From NCBI GenBank assembly GCA_963807075.1, contig CAWEAO010000018.1, positions 273,555 through 337,554 on the forward strand: a stretch of DNA of 64,000 nucleotides, written 5' to 3'. The translations under genes were made by a program, and so were the position numbers. This DNA comes from an uncultured Acidobacteriaceae bacterium. Lineage in GTDB: Bacteria; Acidobacteriota; Terriglobia; Terriglobales; Acidobacteriaceae. Below are positions 49,201 to 60,428 of the stretch, piece by piece (position 1 is the stretch's first letter; each line of letters begins with the position of its first letter). The notes under the pieces are model-generated. The model made no database searches and was not told where the DNA came from. It saw only the letters and a program-made list of their open reading frames with translations.

Positions 49201-50371
49201 CACGGACTTCAGGGCACCGTATGTCGGGTTTAGTCCCAATGCCGCGGACTTCAAGACAGTTGGTAACTCGGCCTACGATGCACTGGAAGCGCACGTAGAG
49301 AAGCGGCTGTCGCATCATTTCCAGATCGGCGGCAGCTACACATACGGCCATGCCCTCGATGAACAGAGCGACATTGGCCTGTTTTTCACCGGCAACAACC
49401 CCAAGAATCTGCGCGACTCCTGGGCCTCTTCCGACTTTGACCGTACGCAGGTGTTTGTCGCCAACTTCCAGGTCGATATACCGAATATGGTGAAGACCAG
49501 CAACTTTGCTTCCTACATTTTCAACGACTGGCACTTTACCGGAATTGGGACCTTGCAAAGCGGTGAGCCGTATTCACTCTATGAGTTTTATGGCGCGGTG
49601 GGCAGCATCAACTTCGGAAACTTCCCGACCCTGATGAACCCGGTTCTGGGCATCAAGGATCCGAAGCATCCGAAAACCGCGATGACGGGCAACAAAGGCT
49701 CTTTCCGCACCGGGGGAGCAGAGGCCAACTACATTCCAGCACTTGACCCTTCGCAGATTGCCATCACCTACCTGGCGCCCGGCACGAACGGTATCCCGGT
49801 TTCAACGGGTGACGATCCGTCGGATGTCTACCAAACGGCATTCAATACGGGACAGCGCAATATCTTCCGCCAGGGAGGTCAGAAGCGCCTCGATCTGTCG
49901 TACCGCAAGGGGTTCAAGATCACGGAAAAAATCAGAGCGCAGTATGAACTCAACGTCTTTAACCTGACCAACACAACCAGTCTTGACGTCCCGCAGAACC
50001 AGGCGCAAATTCGCCAGAACAACGGATGCTCGGCGACTGCGATCAGCGCTTATGGGGGTGAGAACAATTGCAACCAATACCGTAGTTATCTGGGTTACGG
50101 TCAGGTTGTGACCTCGAATAGTCCGGCGGACCAACAGTCGGCATTGGCCAACCTGGATCAGGTGCCCTTCTCAACTGGTTCAGGTAAAACCACGCAGCTT
50201 CCACTGACGCTATCGCTCCAGCAACAACAGGGTACTTGCACTCTTGAAGCCCTGACAATTGCGGGTACGAACCCACCCACCTGCCCCAACAACGCTGCCA
50301 ACTGGGGTTCGGTGACGGGAACGATCGGCGGTTCCCGCGCATTCACCATGGGCTTCCATGTCATCTTCTAG
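46217..50371 (+). CDS. TonB-dependent receptor (Oar-like, 1384 aa)
   Basis: Signal peptide; LNGTVVDSSGAAVPGATV; QGATSGAQIDV; FSPRVGFAWSP; ends GSRAFTMGFHVIF. Confidence 0.92.
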   Translation: MNRPFWRSAAQYGLLCLTVLICSPHGLGQQTLGSLNGTVVDSSGAAVPGATVAVTNSAINYSTITTTSSTGFYQVFNLPIGTYSVKVSHAGFETTQYKGIAVQEARATTLNSTLKVGQVSESIEVTATPLLNATDATNGYTLDSAQIDMTPLATGSFTQVAVLSPGVNAELLSNLDSNSGLGNQPIWANGQRDTSNTFQVNGVDSTNLFNGKSSSGANSQRYNFNIGSAPTVGGSFSVGTSVYGSNGNSLPSPPPEFTQELRVNVSMYDAQQGATSGAQIDVSTSTGTNDWHGQLYGSYANNMMNASPFFFNQAYQLTQQGIGVFPRSMVNPWLRRWSTGITAGGPIIKNKLFFFAAYQLRVNEDNATGLSTMTVPSGLTDDRSSAGLEAADLSWGGKGNVPIDPIASTLLNAKLPNGDYMIPSAQSSAPYEYGVPNVFLIGTARLNSDQANVALDYDATQKDRISAKYFYQNAPVTRPFGFSQAPGFPVTQHNGSQVFSLDNTISISPRLNWEQRLGFVRMGSFSNYQQTVPGGNMGVSGEQTTGLTPNVLPGLQINNFGYFDQSSPNLYVGPAGVPGAFVNMGYYQNRVNPSTNLIFTTGKHTIVAGGGYSYTQLNITNNRTGHAQLTVSGFDNFLQGTVKSASVLQSIDTTTNRNNANRYYRTNEFNGYVQDKWQLLSNLSITAGVRYDYHGGMTEKYGDMFNFDPALYDVTGTSTTGFNVVNSGFVIAGNNKQNPSKGVSASTLEGRQWGFSPRVGFAWSPKAMNNKLVISGGGGLYYDRGELFTYLSQPAGSSIGGPFGVTESSPLVSLAQSNSSSGSLTLGNPLGDLAFSTPAQGGFYTPPSSDPGVVGQALQAQLNQMTGSPSGYFAQFGKNCSGWQSQEGYFLCTTPLNFGIYDKNNVLPYTINYTLNVQWQPTNTVAVSIGYTGNRGRHAVIPIPINEPGIATPTNPIWGETASYGMDVLNQNSEDCGYDYCPIAVEPWNTFDAGNTDFRAPYVGFSPNAADFKTVGNSAYDALEAHVEKRLSHHFQIGGSYTYGHALDEQSDIGLFFTGNNPKNLRDSWASSDFDRTQVFVANFQVDIPNMVKTSNFASYIFNDWHFTGIGTLQSGEPYSLYEFYGAVGSINFGNFPTLMNPVLGIKDPKHPKTAMTGNKGSFRTGGAEANYIPALDPSQIAITYLAPGTNGIPVSTGDDPSDVYQTAFNTGQRNIFRQGGQKRLDLSYRKGFKITEKIRAQYELNVFNLTNTTSLDVPQNQAQIRQNNGCSATAISAYGGENNCNQYRSYLGYGQVVTSNSPADQQSALANLDQVPFSTGSGKTTQLPLTLSLQQQQGTCTLEALTIAGTNPPTCPNNAANWGSVTGTIGGSRAFTMGFHVIF

Positions 50372-50392
50372 CGGATGCCCGGCAGGAACGCT

Positions 50393-50420
50393 AATCGGGA
50401 GCCTTCGGGCTCCCGATTTT
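50393..50420 (+). terminator. Intrinsic terminator
   Basis: AATCGGGAGCC-TTCG-GGCTCCCGATTTT. Confidence 0.85.
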
Positions 50421-50633
50421 CTGTCTGGCGTACCAACCAGAAGACGAGAGTGCATCGGGCGCGCCATCGCGGCCGGTTTCACTGTCGGCCGAACGGCGGG
50501 ATTAAGGATTGAGCTTCAGACCTAAAGCGAACAGTCCAAAAGTAAGGGTACTTGCACCTTTTTTGTTGTTCTTTGTGCGGACTCGGGGTTAAAGTTGGTT
50601 TTTCCACAGGTCAAATAAATTCTGGGGTGTCCA

Positions 50634-50894
50634 ATGGTTTGTCCCAAGTGCAAGTCAGGAGCCTTGTCCACGGTTCCTGCTGAGATTCGGCTCTATCGCA
50701 ACGCTCCCCGCACGATGAGCCACCCGCCCATGTCCCCACAGCCCGATGTCCACATCTGTCTGGATTGCGGCTTTTCTGAGTTCCTGGTCCCTGAGAAATG
50801 GCTTTTGGCAGGATGGCTTCAGCCGGCGAGGACCAAGGCGGCTCCGGTAAGTGTTCCGACGCCGATCAACGAAGTCCGTCGCCAGATCGCCTGA
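50634..50894 (+). CDS. Small putative zinc-ribbon protein
   Basis: CPKC at the N-terminus and CLDCG about 40 residues later followed by FSEF; isolated between terminators. Confidence 0.65.
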   Translation: MVCPKCKSGALSTVPAEIRLYRNAPRTMSHPPMSPQPDVHICLDCGFSEFLVPEKWLLAGWLQPARTKAAPVSVPTPINEVRRQIA

Positions 50895-50957
50895 GAATTG
50901 GGCTCGCGAAATGGCGACCCTGGTCGCCAGGATCGCCTATTGCAGTCGAGGATCGTG

Positions 50958-51000
50958 AAACCAAAAGGCCCCCAGCCGAAGCTGGAGGCCTTTGGTTTTT
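50958..51000 (-). terminator. groEL terminator
   Basis: AAACCAAAAGGCCCCCAGC-CGAA-GCTGGAGGCCTTTGGTTT long hairpin about 50 nt past the groEL stop. Confidence 0.7.
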
Positions 51001-51051
51001 GCAACGTTGCGTTTGAGGCGCCGCAGGCGCGGTTGGCCCCACCGCAGGTGG

Positions 51052-52843
<1,792 letters not shown>

Positions 52844-52854
52844 GCGCAGCGCGC

Positions 52855-53166
52855 CTACTTCTTGATGATGCCGAGGACTTCTTCCTCACGCATGATCAGG
52901 AACTCCTCGCCGTCGATCTTGATTTCGGTGCCGGAGTACTTGCCGAAGAGGATCTTGTCGCCGGCCTTGACGTCGAGAGGGAATACCTTGCCCTCGTCGT
53001 TTGATTTGCCCTTGCCGACCGAGACAACTTCGCCCTCCTGGGGCTTCTCTTTTGCGCTGTCGGGGATGATGATGCCGCCACGAACTGTTTCACCCTCTTC
53101 CAAACGGCGGACGAGGATACGATCGTGGAGCGGAGTGAAGGTCGTGGTAACCGATGTTGCTGCCAT
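52855..53166 (-). CDS. groS: Co-chaperonin GroES
   Basis: [47 protein letters not shown]. Confidence 0.98.
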   Translation of the reverse strand: MAATSVTTTFTPLHDRILVRRLEEGETVRGGIIIPDSAKEKPQEGEVVSVGKGKSNDEGKVFPLDVKAGDKILFGKYSGTEIKIDGEEFLIMREEEVLGIIKK

Positions 53167-53300
53167 TGCTTTGCTTCTCCTTCACACGCGGACTGGCGGG
53201 AAGCCGGCCGCGGACTGGTTGAGTTTTGGGTGAAAGCTTATGGAAAGCGGGCCTCAAAAGCAGGCCATTCAGCGACTTAAGCACTTTGATAGAGCATGTG

Positions 53301-53327
53301 CTAGCAATCGCCACTTCCAATTGCTAA
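53301..53327 (-). promoter_or_regulatory. CIRCE element (HrcA operator)
   Basis: Minus strand TTAGCAATT-N9-GATTGCTAG versus consensus TTAGCACTC-N9-GAGTGCTAA, upstream of groES. Confidence 0.8.
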
Positions 53328-53356
53328 AGATAGGAGTGGATAGGGCAGTTTGTCAA
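53327..53356 (-). promoter_or_regulatory. Sigma70-type groESL promoter
   Basis: TTGACA-N18-TATCTT on the minus strand, abutting CIRCE. Confidence 0.65.
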
Positions 53357-53462
53357 GTAGATATCGTTAAATGTGAGTGAAACTCGCTCAAGTTTAGCGA
53401 TCGGTCTTATTGGGCCAAGCTTGCACTAAGAGAGCAGCTAAACATACCGTTCTCTTCTGCGA

Positions 53463-54977
53463 TCAATTGGGCGTTTCTGACGCCTGACGGTAGAGGGGTA
53501 GCGCGGTGCGGAATCCCCAAGCGGCGAAGTAGGAACACCCAATTGCAATGCCGGCAAGCACAAGCCAAAGGGATGAAATCTCTCGCCGGAATACCAGGAC
53601 GACCCAAATGCCAGAAGCAAGAATGGCGGTTGGCAATCCAAGTCCGCGCAGCATTTCAGATGCAAGGAGACCAAAGGAAATGCGAGCGTATTTGCACGCC
53701 TCAAACGTGAACCAGGTACAGACGATCGGTAGCTGAACGACCGCCATTGAGAACGCCATGCCGGCTGCTCCATATCGGGGTACCAGAATGAGCGCTACTG
53801 CGATGGTGACGATGCTGCCGGACGCGGAGATCAGGGCGGCTTTTCGGTAATGGCCCGCTGCGTAGAGAAGCAGATCAGATGTATACAAAAATGCGTGTCC
53901 AAGAACAGACAAAAGCAGCCATTGCATTACGAGTGCGGATGCAGCATAGGCTTTTCCAGCCCAAATCTGGATTAGCGGGTACGCGAAGATAGAGCCCAGC
54001 ACAATAAAAGGCAAAACCAAACCAAGAACCAATCTCTGAGCGCTGAGGTAGATCTTGCGCAAACGATCGATGTTGTTATTCAGGGCCGTCTCTGACATTA
54101 ACGGCAAGCAGACGGCGGCGCCACGATCAACCAGGAACCAAAGATGATTTGGCATTTTGGACGCGAGTCCAAAGATGGCGGCTTCTCTCATTGAGCCGAA
54201 GGAGCCAAGAATCGTCCAGATGAAAACCTCAAAGAAGAAGGCCGATGTGTTGTTTAAGAAGGTCCATTTACTTTGGCTAAAAAGGTTCTTGAGTATGCTC
54301 CAGCGAAAGTGACGCAGATGGAGTTGGCGGACTGAAAACACTGAGCGCAGGAAGACGAAGGATAAAAGAAGCTGAACGGCCCCCGCCGCACATTGCACTG
54401 CAGCCAAAGCTGCTATGCCGTATCCCAAAGAGAGCACTGTCACACTGCAAACAAAGATCAGACCGGAGCCCGCGAGTTCGATCTGATTTACACGATCGAA
54501 TCGATTGGCTGCTTGATAGAGAGGTTCGAATGCGAGACTCACGAATCCAAATAGAATCTTGCCAGCCGCGGCCACAAAAATGAGCGACGCTTCATGAACA
54601 AACTCACGAGGGATGTTGAAGGGTCCGGGCAGAACCAGAGACACTCCGAGCAGGATGACTGCACCAATTGCTCCTATCACGGCCGATGCAGAAATCACCG
54701 TGGTTAACAATTCGCCAAGCCGGTTCTTCTCAGGGCTGGATAAAGCCGCGACATACGCCTGGACGAGAACGCTGGAAACGCCGAGATCAAGCAGGTAGAG
54801 CGTCGTGGACAGGAAAATGACGAACAGATAAAGACCATATTCGGGAACAGATAATCGCCGGACAACGAAGGACGTCAGTCCAAAATTCAGAGCCAGCTGG
54901 CAAAAGTGGCCGAAGTAATTCCAGGATATATTTCGTGCGGTTGTGCTCGGAGGCGTCTTGTTCTTCTCTTCATCCAT
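53463..54977 (-). CDS. Oligosaccharide/polysaccharide flippase (Wzx-like)
   Basis: ARNISWNYFG, RRLSVPEYGLY, LDLGVSS, about 12-14 TM helices, LVPRYGAAGMA; start at MDEEK (ORF track 55115). Confidence 0.88.
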   Translation of the reverse strand: MDEEKNKTPPSTTARNISWNYFGHFCQLALNFGLTSFVVRRLSVPEYGLYLFVIFLSTTLYLLDLGVSSVLVQAYVAALSSPEKNRLGELLTTVISASAVIGAIGAVILLGVSLVLPGPFNIPREFVHEASLIFVAAAGKILFGFVSLAFEPLYQAANRFDRVNQIELAGSGLIFVCSVTVLSLGYGIAALAAVQCAAGAVQLLLSFVFLRSVFSVRQLHLRHFRWSILKNLFSQSKWTFLNNTSAFFFEVFIWTILGSFGSMREAAIFGLASKMPNHLWFLVDRGAAVCLPLMSETALNNNIDRLRKIYLSAQRLVLGLVLPFIVLGSIFAYPLIQIWAGKAYAASALVMQWLLLSVLGHAFLYTSDLLLYAAGHYRKAALISASGSIVTIAVALILVPRYGAAGMAFSMAVVQLPIVCTWFTFEACKYARISFGLLASEMLRGLGLPTAILASGIWVVLVFRREISSLWLVLAGIAIGCSYFAAWGFRTALPLYRQASETPN

Positions 54978-55205
54978 GTTGGATTCCAGAGTTCCTGTCC
55001 GAAATGACGATCGGACGAAGTCACCGGTCGAGGGTCCTTGCGTGCTTTGCTGCGAACTTTTCCAAACGGGCAATCCCACCGGGACATACTTAGTGTTAGC
55101 AGACCGTTGCCCCATTTGAGGGGTTGAAATTAAGGAGTGTGAGAAGGCATCGACCCTTCGTGAGCCTTTGACGGGCAGCTTTTGGCTGCTCGGTTCAGCT
55201 CTGGT

Positions 55206-56960
55206 TCATTTGAGATGGACTGCTCTAAGTACCCGGCCGCCGACTCGACGGACCACTCGCCGCGCGCGGTCCGATGCCACGCTCATCAGATTGAATCCGA
55301 GAGTAACCATGCTCCTCATATCGCCCAGGGTCCTGAAATGGACTACTTCGGCACGGCGCAACCGCAGCAAGTCGGTTCCCAGATAGTTCAAGCCTTCGTC
55401 GCACGTCAGAGCAAGGTCAAAGTGGCTGCGCGCTATTTCGGCCACGGCCGCAGTGTAGTAGCCGTAGGGGTATGCGAGGCTCGGAACGGGAACTCCAAGG
55501 AGATCTTCGAGGCGCTTGCGGCTGCCCCTCATTTCCTCTGCAATCTGCTCAGGCGTCAAGAGAGTTAGATCCGCATGTGTTTTCGTGTGAGCGCCAAACT
55601 CGATTCCTTTATCAGCCCATTCACGAATCTGGCTTTCTGACATGAGCGGCTGCTCAGACAAACCGAGATGCAAATCCCATTTGTTCGTCCCACCAATCTC
55701 ATCCGAGACCACAAATACTGTTCCAGTGAGACCGTATTTGATTAAAAGCGGAAGACCGAACTCGACAATATCGGCATACGCGTCGTCGAAGGTCAAGAGG
55801 ATTGGCTTCTCGGGAAGCGTCGTGCCGTCACGGTGATAGGCGATCCAGTCTGATGAATGAATTGGCGTGTAGCCATGCTTTTTGAGCCACTGTAACTGGC
55901 GCTCAAACATTTCAGGAGAGACGGTCAGGTAACGATCGAATCCTTCTCTGAGTGGCCCGATGTTGTGGTACATCAGGATTGGAAGCCGCGCTCCGAACTC
56001 TTTTCGCAACGCCTGCCATGAACCGGTCATCTTCACCGCACTCCGATAGCCCACGATGTTCTGTTGAGTATAGAAGAGGCGTAACGCTGCTTTTTGGCAG
56101 CCAGGGAAACCTCTCAACTTTGAGAATCCCCAGGTAAGCGGCCTCAACAAGGGCTCAGCGGAGACCGGCGCCGTAGAGACTGCTCGCGCGACCGACCGCT
56201 TCCACCAAGGTTTGGCCGATACACCTCCGAAACGCGAAGTAGGCCGCAACTCGGGAAACATTCGGCCAAGCCGGATCTCGGCGTTGCCTTCCTCGCGAGC
56301 ATCCTCAACCACATCGCTCGGTTTCTTTGCGAAAATCTGATGAGTTTGAGCGTTAGGCAAATATGAAAACCGAAACCCAGCCCTCATCAGCCGAAATCCC
56401 AACTCCACATCGTTTCCGCGTGAAAACGATTCATCCAGGCCCCCAATGGAGAGAATCACGGAACGGGGAGCCGATGAATTGGCTGAGGCCATGCAACCGA
56501 ACCAGCCGGTCTCCGGCTCCTCGGCAGCCTTCTTCTCGAAAAACTCATCGCAAAATGAACGCGCCCAGTCAACAGCGAGTGGATCTCCATCATCGGGCGA
56601 CACGAGTACCGGGCCGAACGCAAGACACGTAAGCTCACTCCGCACCGCACGAGCGTGTTCAGAAACGACCGAAGGCCCGCACAGAATGTCGTCATCGAGA
56701 AAAAGCACCAGCTCGCCCTTGGCGGTTCGAAGGCCCGCATTAATCGCAGCAGCCTGGCCGCGATTTTGCTGTTCGATGACGCGAAGATTGGAATGGCTCG
56801 CGAATCCCCGAAGCAAGTCAGTCGTACCATCGGTAGAGCCATCAACCACAACAATGATTTCGTAATCTTCGCTGGGAAAGTCCTGCGCAAGGAGGGGTGG
56901 CAACGTGCGAGCCAGCATTTTGCAACGGTTATATGTCGCGATAATTACAGAGACTTGCAT
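55206..56960 (-). CDS. GT2 glycosyltransferase fused to NodB-like polysaccharide deacetylase
   Basis: N-terminal VSVIIATYNR, VVVDGSTD, LFLDDD, GNDVELG; C-terminal ILMYHNI, LTFDDAY, EFGAHTKTHADL, LAYPYG. Confidence 0.9.
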   Translation of the reverse strand: MQVSVIIATYNRCKMLARTLPPLLAQDFPSEDYEIIVVVDGSTDGTTDLLRGFASHSNLRVIEQQNRGQAAAINAGLRTAKGELVLFLDDDILCGPSVVSEHARAVRSELTCLAFGPVLVSPDDGDPLAVDWARSFCDEFFEKKAAEEPETGWFGCMASANSSAPRSVILSIGGLDESFSRGNDVELGFRLMRAGFRFSYLPNAQTHQIFAKKPSDVVEDAREEGNAEIRLGRMFPELRPTSRFGGVSAKPWWKRSVARAVSTAPVSAEPLLRPLTWGFSKLRGFPGCQKAALRLFYTQQNIVGYRSAVKMTGSWQALRKEFGARLPILMYHNIGPLREGFDRYLTVSPEMFERQLQWLKKHGYTPIHSSDWIAYHRDGTTLPEKPILLTFDDAYADIVEFGLPLLIKYGLTGTVFVVSDEIGGTNKWDLHLGLSEQPLMSESQIREWADKGIEFGAHTKTHADLTLLTPEQIAEEMRGSRKRLEDLLGVPVPSLAYPYGYYTAAVAEIARSHFDLALTCDEGLNYLGTDLLRLRRAEVVHFRTLGDMRSMVTLGFNLMSVASDRARRVVRRVGGRVLRAVHLK

Positions 56961-56962
56961 GT

Positions 56963-57730
56963 TCAATCGCGGCGCTTCCGCAGCAACGTATGGACAAACG
57001 GACACACGCATTGATCAATCGATTCGTCGATAATCTCAAACCGCGGATCCTTCTTGATGTAGTCGTTGATCAGGGTTCCGCGTATAAGCAGCTTCCCGAT
57101 CCAGGTATGTTCTACTTCGTTGTCGGTGACCGTGTTGCCAACCAGAAAATAGCCGCCCGGCTTAAGCGCTGTGGTCAGCCTCTCACAAGCATCTCGCAGT
57201 ATGGATGGGCGCAGGATATACTCAAGCACTCCTGTGGCGACAATCAGGTCGTAGGCTCCTGAGATTGGGTCGCAGCGCACGTCCCATTCTGCAAATTCAA
57301 CGTTCTTTTGATCGCTGCAGAGTTTCTTTGCGCGTTCGAGGGCAATCAGGGAAAGGTCCAGTGCGAGGAGCTTCTCGCAGCGCTCCGAGAGCATCCTCGT
57401 GAACATCCCCTCCGCGCAACCCACTTCCAGCGCACTTGGAAAGAGGCCCTCAGGCTTTGCCATACGAAGGAACTCCATTGCCCGTTGAAAGCGAAACTGC
57501 TCGAGGTCCCGAGCAAATCCATAGGGGTCAAGTTGCTGGAAATTCTCGTCAACCGCGGCACGATTCCGTTCGCTGCTGTCGACGAGGGTGCTCTTGATTT
57601 CCAGCATGTAGCCGATAGCTGTTCGGAAGATCGGGACCTTTTCCAGAACCCCTCGTGATGTGCGATACGCGGAATAGAGGGTCCCTTGTTTTCTCAAATC
57701 AGCTCCTTGGAAAGGAATGTGATCAGACAC
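56963..57730 (-). CDS. SAM-dependent methyltransferase, NodS-like
   Basis: DPYGF..EQFRF, ALEVGCAEGMFTRMLSERCEKLLALD, YDLIVATGVLEYI, LKPGGYFLVG. Confidence 0.82.
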   Translation of the reverse strand: MSDHIPFQGADLRKQGTLYSAYRTSRGVLEKVPIFRTAIGYMLEIKSTLVDSSERNRAAVDENFQQLDPYGFARDLEQFRFQRAMEFLRMAKPEGLFPSALEVGCAEGMFTRMLSERCEKLLALDLSLIALERAKKLCSDQKNVEFAEWDVRCDPISGAYDLIVATGVLEYILRPSILRDACERLTTALKPGGYFLVGNTVTDNEVEHTWIGKLLIRGTLINDYIKKDPRFEIIDESIDQCVCPFVHTLLRKRRD

Positions 57731-57860
57731 TATAGGGTAAATTGAAATTGCTCAAACGCCAATTTTAGTAACGGGTGGATTGGCCAGAAGCGGCTTTATC
57801 AAGTGCAGTGTGTGGGTAGGGAAGGTGTGTCGCACGCTTGGCTGTTCAAGCTTGATGTTT

Positions 57861-58823
57861 CTAGTTTTCCTTCGTTTTTGGCGTGCGGAGAAAGAGCCAG
57901 AGGCCCTTCACCGAAGCTTTAACCAGTGTGCGCCATCCGCTGGTTACGATCTCGCCGGGTTCCTGAGGGTCGCGTGGCCAGTCGAGCGGTTTGCGGCGAA
58001 TGCGGCGAAGAAGGAACCGGACGAGGTTCATCCTCTGATCGGGAAATTCAGCGAACAACAGCAGGCAATAAGTGATGGAGTTTTGCGCTTCGTTCTCGAC
58101 CGTGTCGCGGCTCAGGGTCGGATGGAAGACGACGGCAGAGGGAAGGTAAACGGCCTTAAAACCGTTCGAGAGTAAACGAGCAAAGGCATAAGACTCTTCG
58201 CCGATCTGGAACGGTGCGCCGCGGCCAAGACGTACATCGAACATCGGGGACGCGCTGCATGCACTCTTGCGCAATGCCATGTTGCTGCCAAGGCCCATTC
58301 CGCCAAAGGTGGCAATTTCAAACCAGCGTGGGTCCCGATTGCTGAGAACGCGCGGACTCTCCAACTCTCCGGCGCCGTTGGAACCTGGGGTGATTACCCT
58401 GCCCGTAGAGGCCGCGGTCTTTTCGTCAGCGAACGGTTCCATGAGCATGCCGAGCCAATCGGGCGCGGGAATTGCATCATCATCAAGGAAGGCCACGATC
58501 TCAGTGTCACTCTCGGCGAGTCCGCGGTTGCGCGTGCGGCTCAATCCCTGGACCGGCTCGAAGATGTACCGCGCGCCGAACTCGCGGCTCACGTTTTCTG
58601 TTTCCTTGTCGCCCTGGGTGTTGTCGACGACCAGAACATGGTCGGGCCCGGGGTCAAGCCGGGCAACGCCCCGAAGGCACTCCTTCAAAACCTGGGGACG
58701 GTTTCTTGTACAGATAACGACCGTTGCAGTCAGGGTCGCTTCCTTGCAGCCAGAGCTCACCGTTATGTGCGCGAGGCCACTCGCCGGAGCATTCAATCCA
58801 CAGACCTCATGTTCGAATTCCAA
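57861..58823 (-). CDS. GT2 family glycosyltransferase
   Basis: TVVICTRNR, VLVVDN, GLSRTRNRG, VAFLDDDA, GSNMALRK, GEES. Confidence 0.9.
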   Translation of the reverse strand: MEFEHEVCGLNAPASGLAHITVSSGCKEATLTATVVICTRNRPQVLKECLRGVARLDPGPDHVLVVDNTQGDKETENVSREFGARYIFEPVQGLSRTRNRGLAESDTEIVAFLDDDAIPAPDWLGMLMEPFADEKTAASTGRVITPGSNGAGELESPRVLSNRDPRWFEIATFGGMGLGSNMALRKSACSASPMFDVRLGRGAPFQIGEESYAFARLLSNGFKAVYLPSAVVFHPTLSRDTVENEAQNSITYCLLLFAEFPDQRMNLVRFLLRRIRRKPLDWPRDPQEPGEIVTSGWRTLVKASVKGLWLFLRTPKTKEN

Positions 58824-59044
58824 CCGCGCTTCAAGCGCCTATGCCCGGCGCTCTTCAATCGGCGTAAGAGATGGGGAGACAACCTCCCCAATCCCATTAT
58901 CTCAAAGATCATGAAGGGGTCTTGCAGGTGCAGGTTGTGCCAGCCGAAGGGCCCTTCGGCTATCTGTCTCCGAGTGGAGCGCTGTCCGGCGGCCGGCTCT
59001 TGCGCCTTCTGTTCAAGATGCGTGGGCCTGGCGGCCAGGTTGGA

Positions 59045-60394
59045 TCAGATGGCCAGGGATGCTAGCAGGGCGAAGCCCAGTCCGGCAAAGGAGATGATGG
59101 TTTCGCAGATCGACCACGACTTCATGGTTTCAGTGACGCTTAAGTTCAGATATTCCTTGACCAGCCAGAAGCCGCCATCGTTGACGTGCGAAAAGATCAG
59201 CGAACCGGCGCCGGTAGCGATGGCAAGTAATTCAGGCGAAACGCCCGGCGTTTGCAACGCGATGGGAGCAACAATGCCGGCGGCGGTGGTCATGGCAACG
59301 GTTGCCGATCCGGTGGCCAGGCGCATGAGGGCGGCAAGCAGCCAGGCGAGGAAGAGCAGCGGTAGATGGCGCTGCATCGCGATATCGATCATGGCGTGAG
59401 AGACGCCGCTATCCTGCAACACACGGCCGAAACCGCCGCCAGCGCCGACCAGGAGAGTGATGGTCGCGGTAGGCGCGAGGCACTCGTTGCTGAAGCGCAG
59501 GATGGTCTCTTTTGTGACGCCGCGCATGATGCCGAGCGTGATGAAACTGATGAGGACTCCGATGAGGAGGGCAATGTCGTCATTGCCGAGGAAGCGGATT
59601 GCCTGGTTGGCAAAACTGTCTTTTGCTGCGAACACGTCGGCCCAACTGCCGATGAGCATCAAGGCGACGGGAAGAAGGATGCTGCCGATGGTGAGCCAGA
59701 AGCCGGGTAATTTGCGGTCCGGGTTGTGATCGGCAAAGTCGTCGGCCATGGGATTTTCGGCAGGCATCTTGATCCAGGGGCCGATGACTTTCGCAAACAA
59801 TGGTCCCGCGAGCGCGGCGGTAGGAATTGCGATTATGAGGGCGTAGAGAATGGTGCGGCCCACATCAGCATGGTACGTATTCACCGCAAGCAGCGCTGCG
59901 GGATGCGGGGGCACAAGGCCGTGATCGACAGAAAGAGCGGCGACCAGCGGCAGGGCGACGCGGATCAACGGGGTTCCGGTGCGGCGAGCGACGGTGAAGG
60001 CGATGGGAATGAGCAGCACGAATCCGACTTCGAAGAAAGCGGGAAGGCCAACAATGAGACCGATGCACATCATGGCCCAGGGAACGCGCTTTTCGCCGAA
60101 GACGCGAATCAGTGTGAGCGCGACCGTGTCGGCTCCGCCGGATTCCGCCATCATTTTGCCGAGCATGGTGCCGAGCGCAACCACAACGGCAATGTGGCCA
60201 AGTGTTCCGCCAACGCCCGCTTCAAATGAGTGGACCACACCTGACAGTGGCATTCCTGAGACGATGGCGAGCGCGAGAGAAGCCAGCAGCAGGCTAAGAA
60301 ATGGATTCAGCTTAAGAACGGTGACGAGCAGGACGATTCCAACGACAGCGCCGAGTGCGGTGAGCAATAGAAAGATGCTGTGAGGATCGATCAT
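59045..60394 (-). CDS. GntP family (gluconate:H+ symporter-like) permease
   Basis: KLNPFLSLLL, GTMLGKMMAESGGA, FFEVGFVLLIP, HGLVPPHP, GAGGGFGRVL, GSATVAM, SHVNDGGFW. Confidence 0.93.
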   Translation of the reverse strand: MIDPHSIFLLLTALGAVVGIVLLVTVLKLNPFLSLLLASLALAIVSGMPLSGVVHSFEAGVGGTLGHIAVVVALGTMLGKMMAESGGADTVALTLIRVFGEKRVPWAMMCIGLIVGLPAFFEVGFVLLIPIAFTVARRTGTPLIRVALPLVAALSVDHGLVPPHPAALLAVNTYHADVGRTILYALIIAIPTAALAGPLFAKVIGPWIKMPAENPMADDFADHNPDRKLPGFWLTIGSILLPVALMLIGSWADVFAAKDSFANQAIRFLGNDDIALLIGVLISFITLGIMRGVTKETILRFSNECLAPTATITLLVGAGGGFGRVLQDSGVSHAMIDIAMQRHLPLLFLAWLLAALMRLATGSATVAMTTAAGIVAPIALQTPGVSPELLAIATGAGSLIFSHVNDGGFWLVKEYLNLSVTETMKSWSICETIISFAGLGFALLASLAI

Positions 60395-60428
60395 CGGCTG
60401 GCCAGTTCTCGAGAGATCACTGCGCGCT

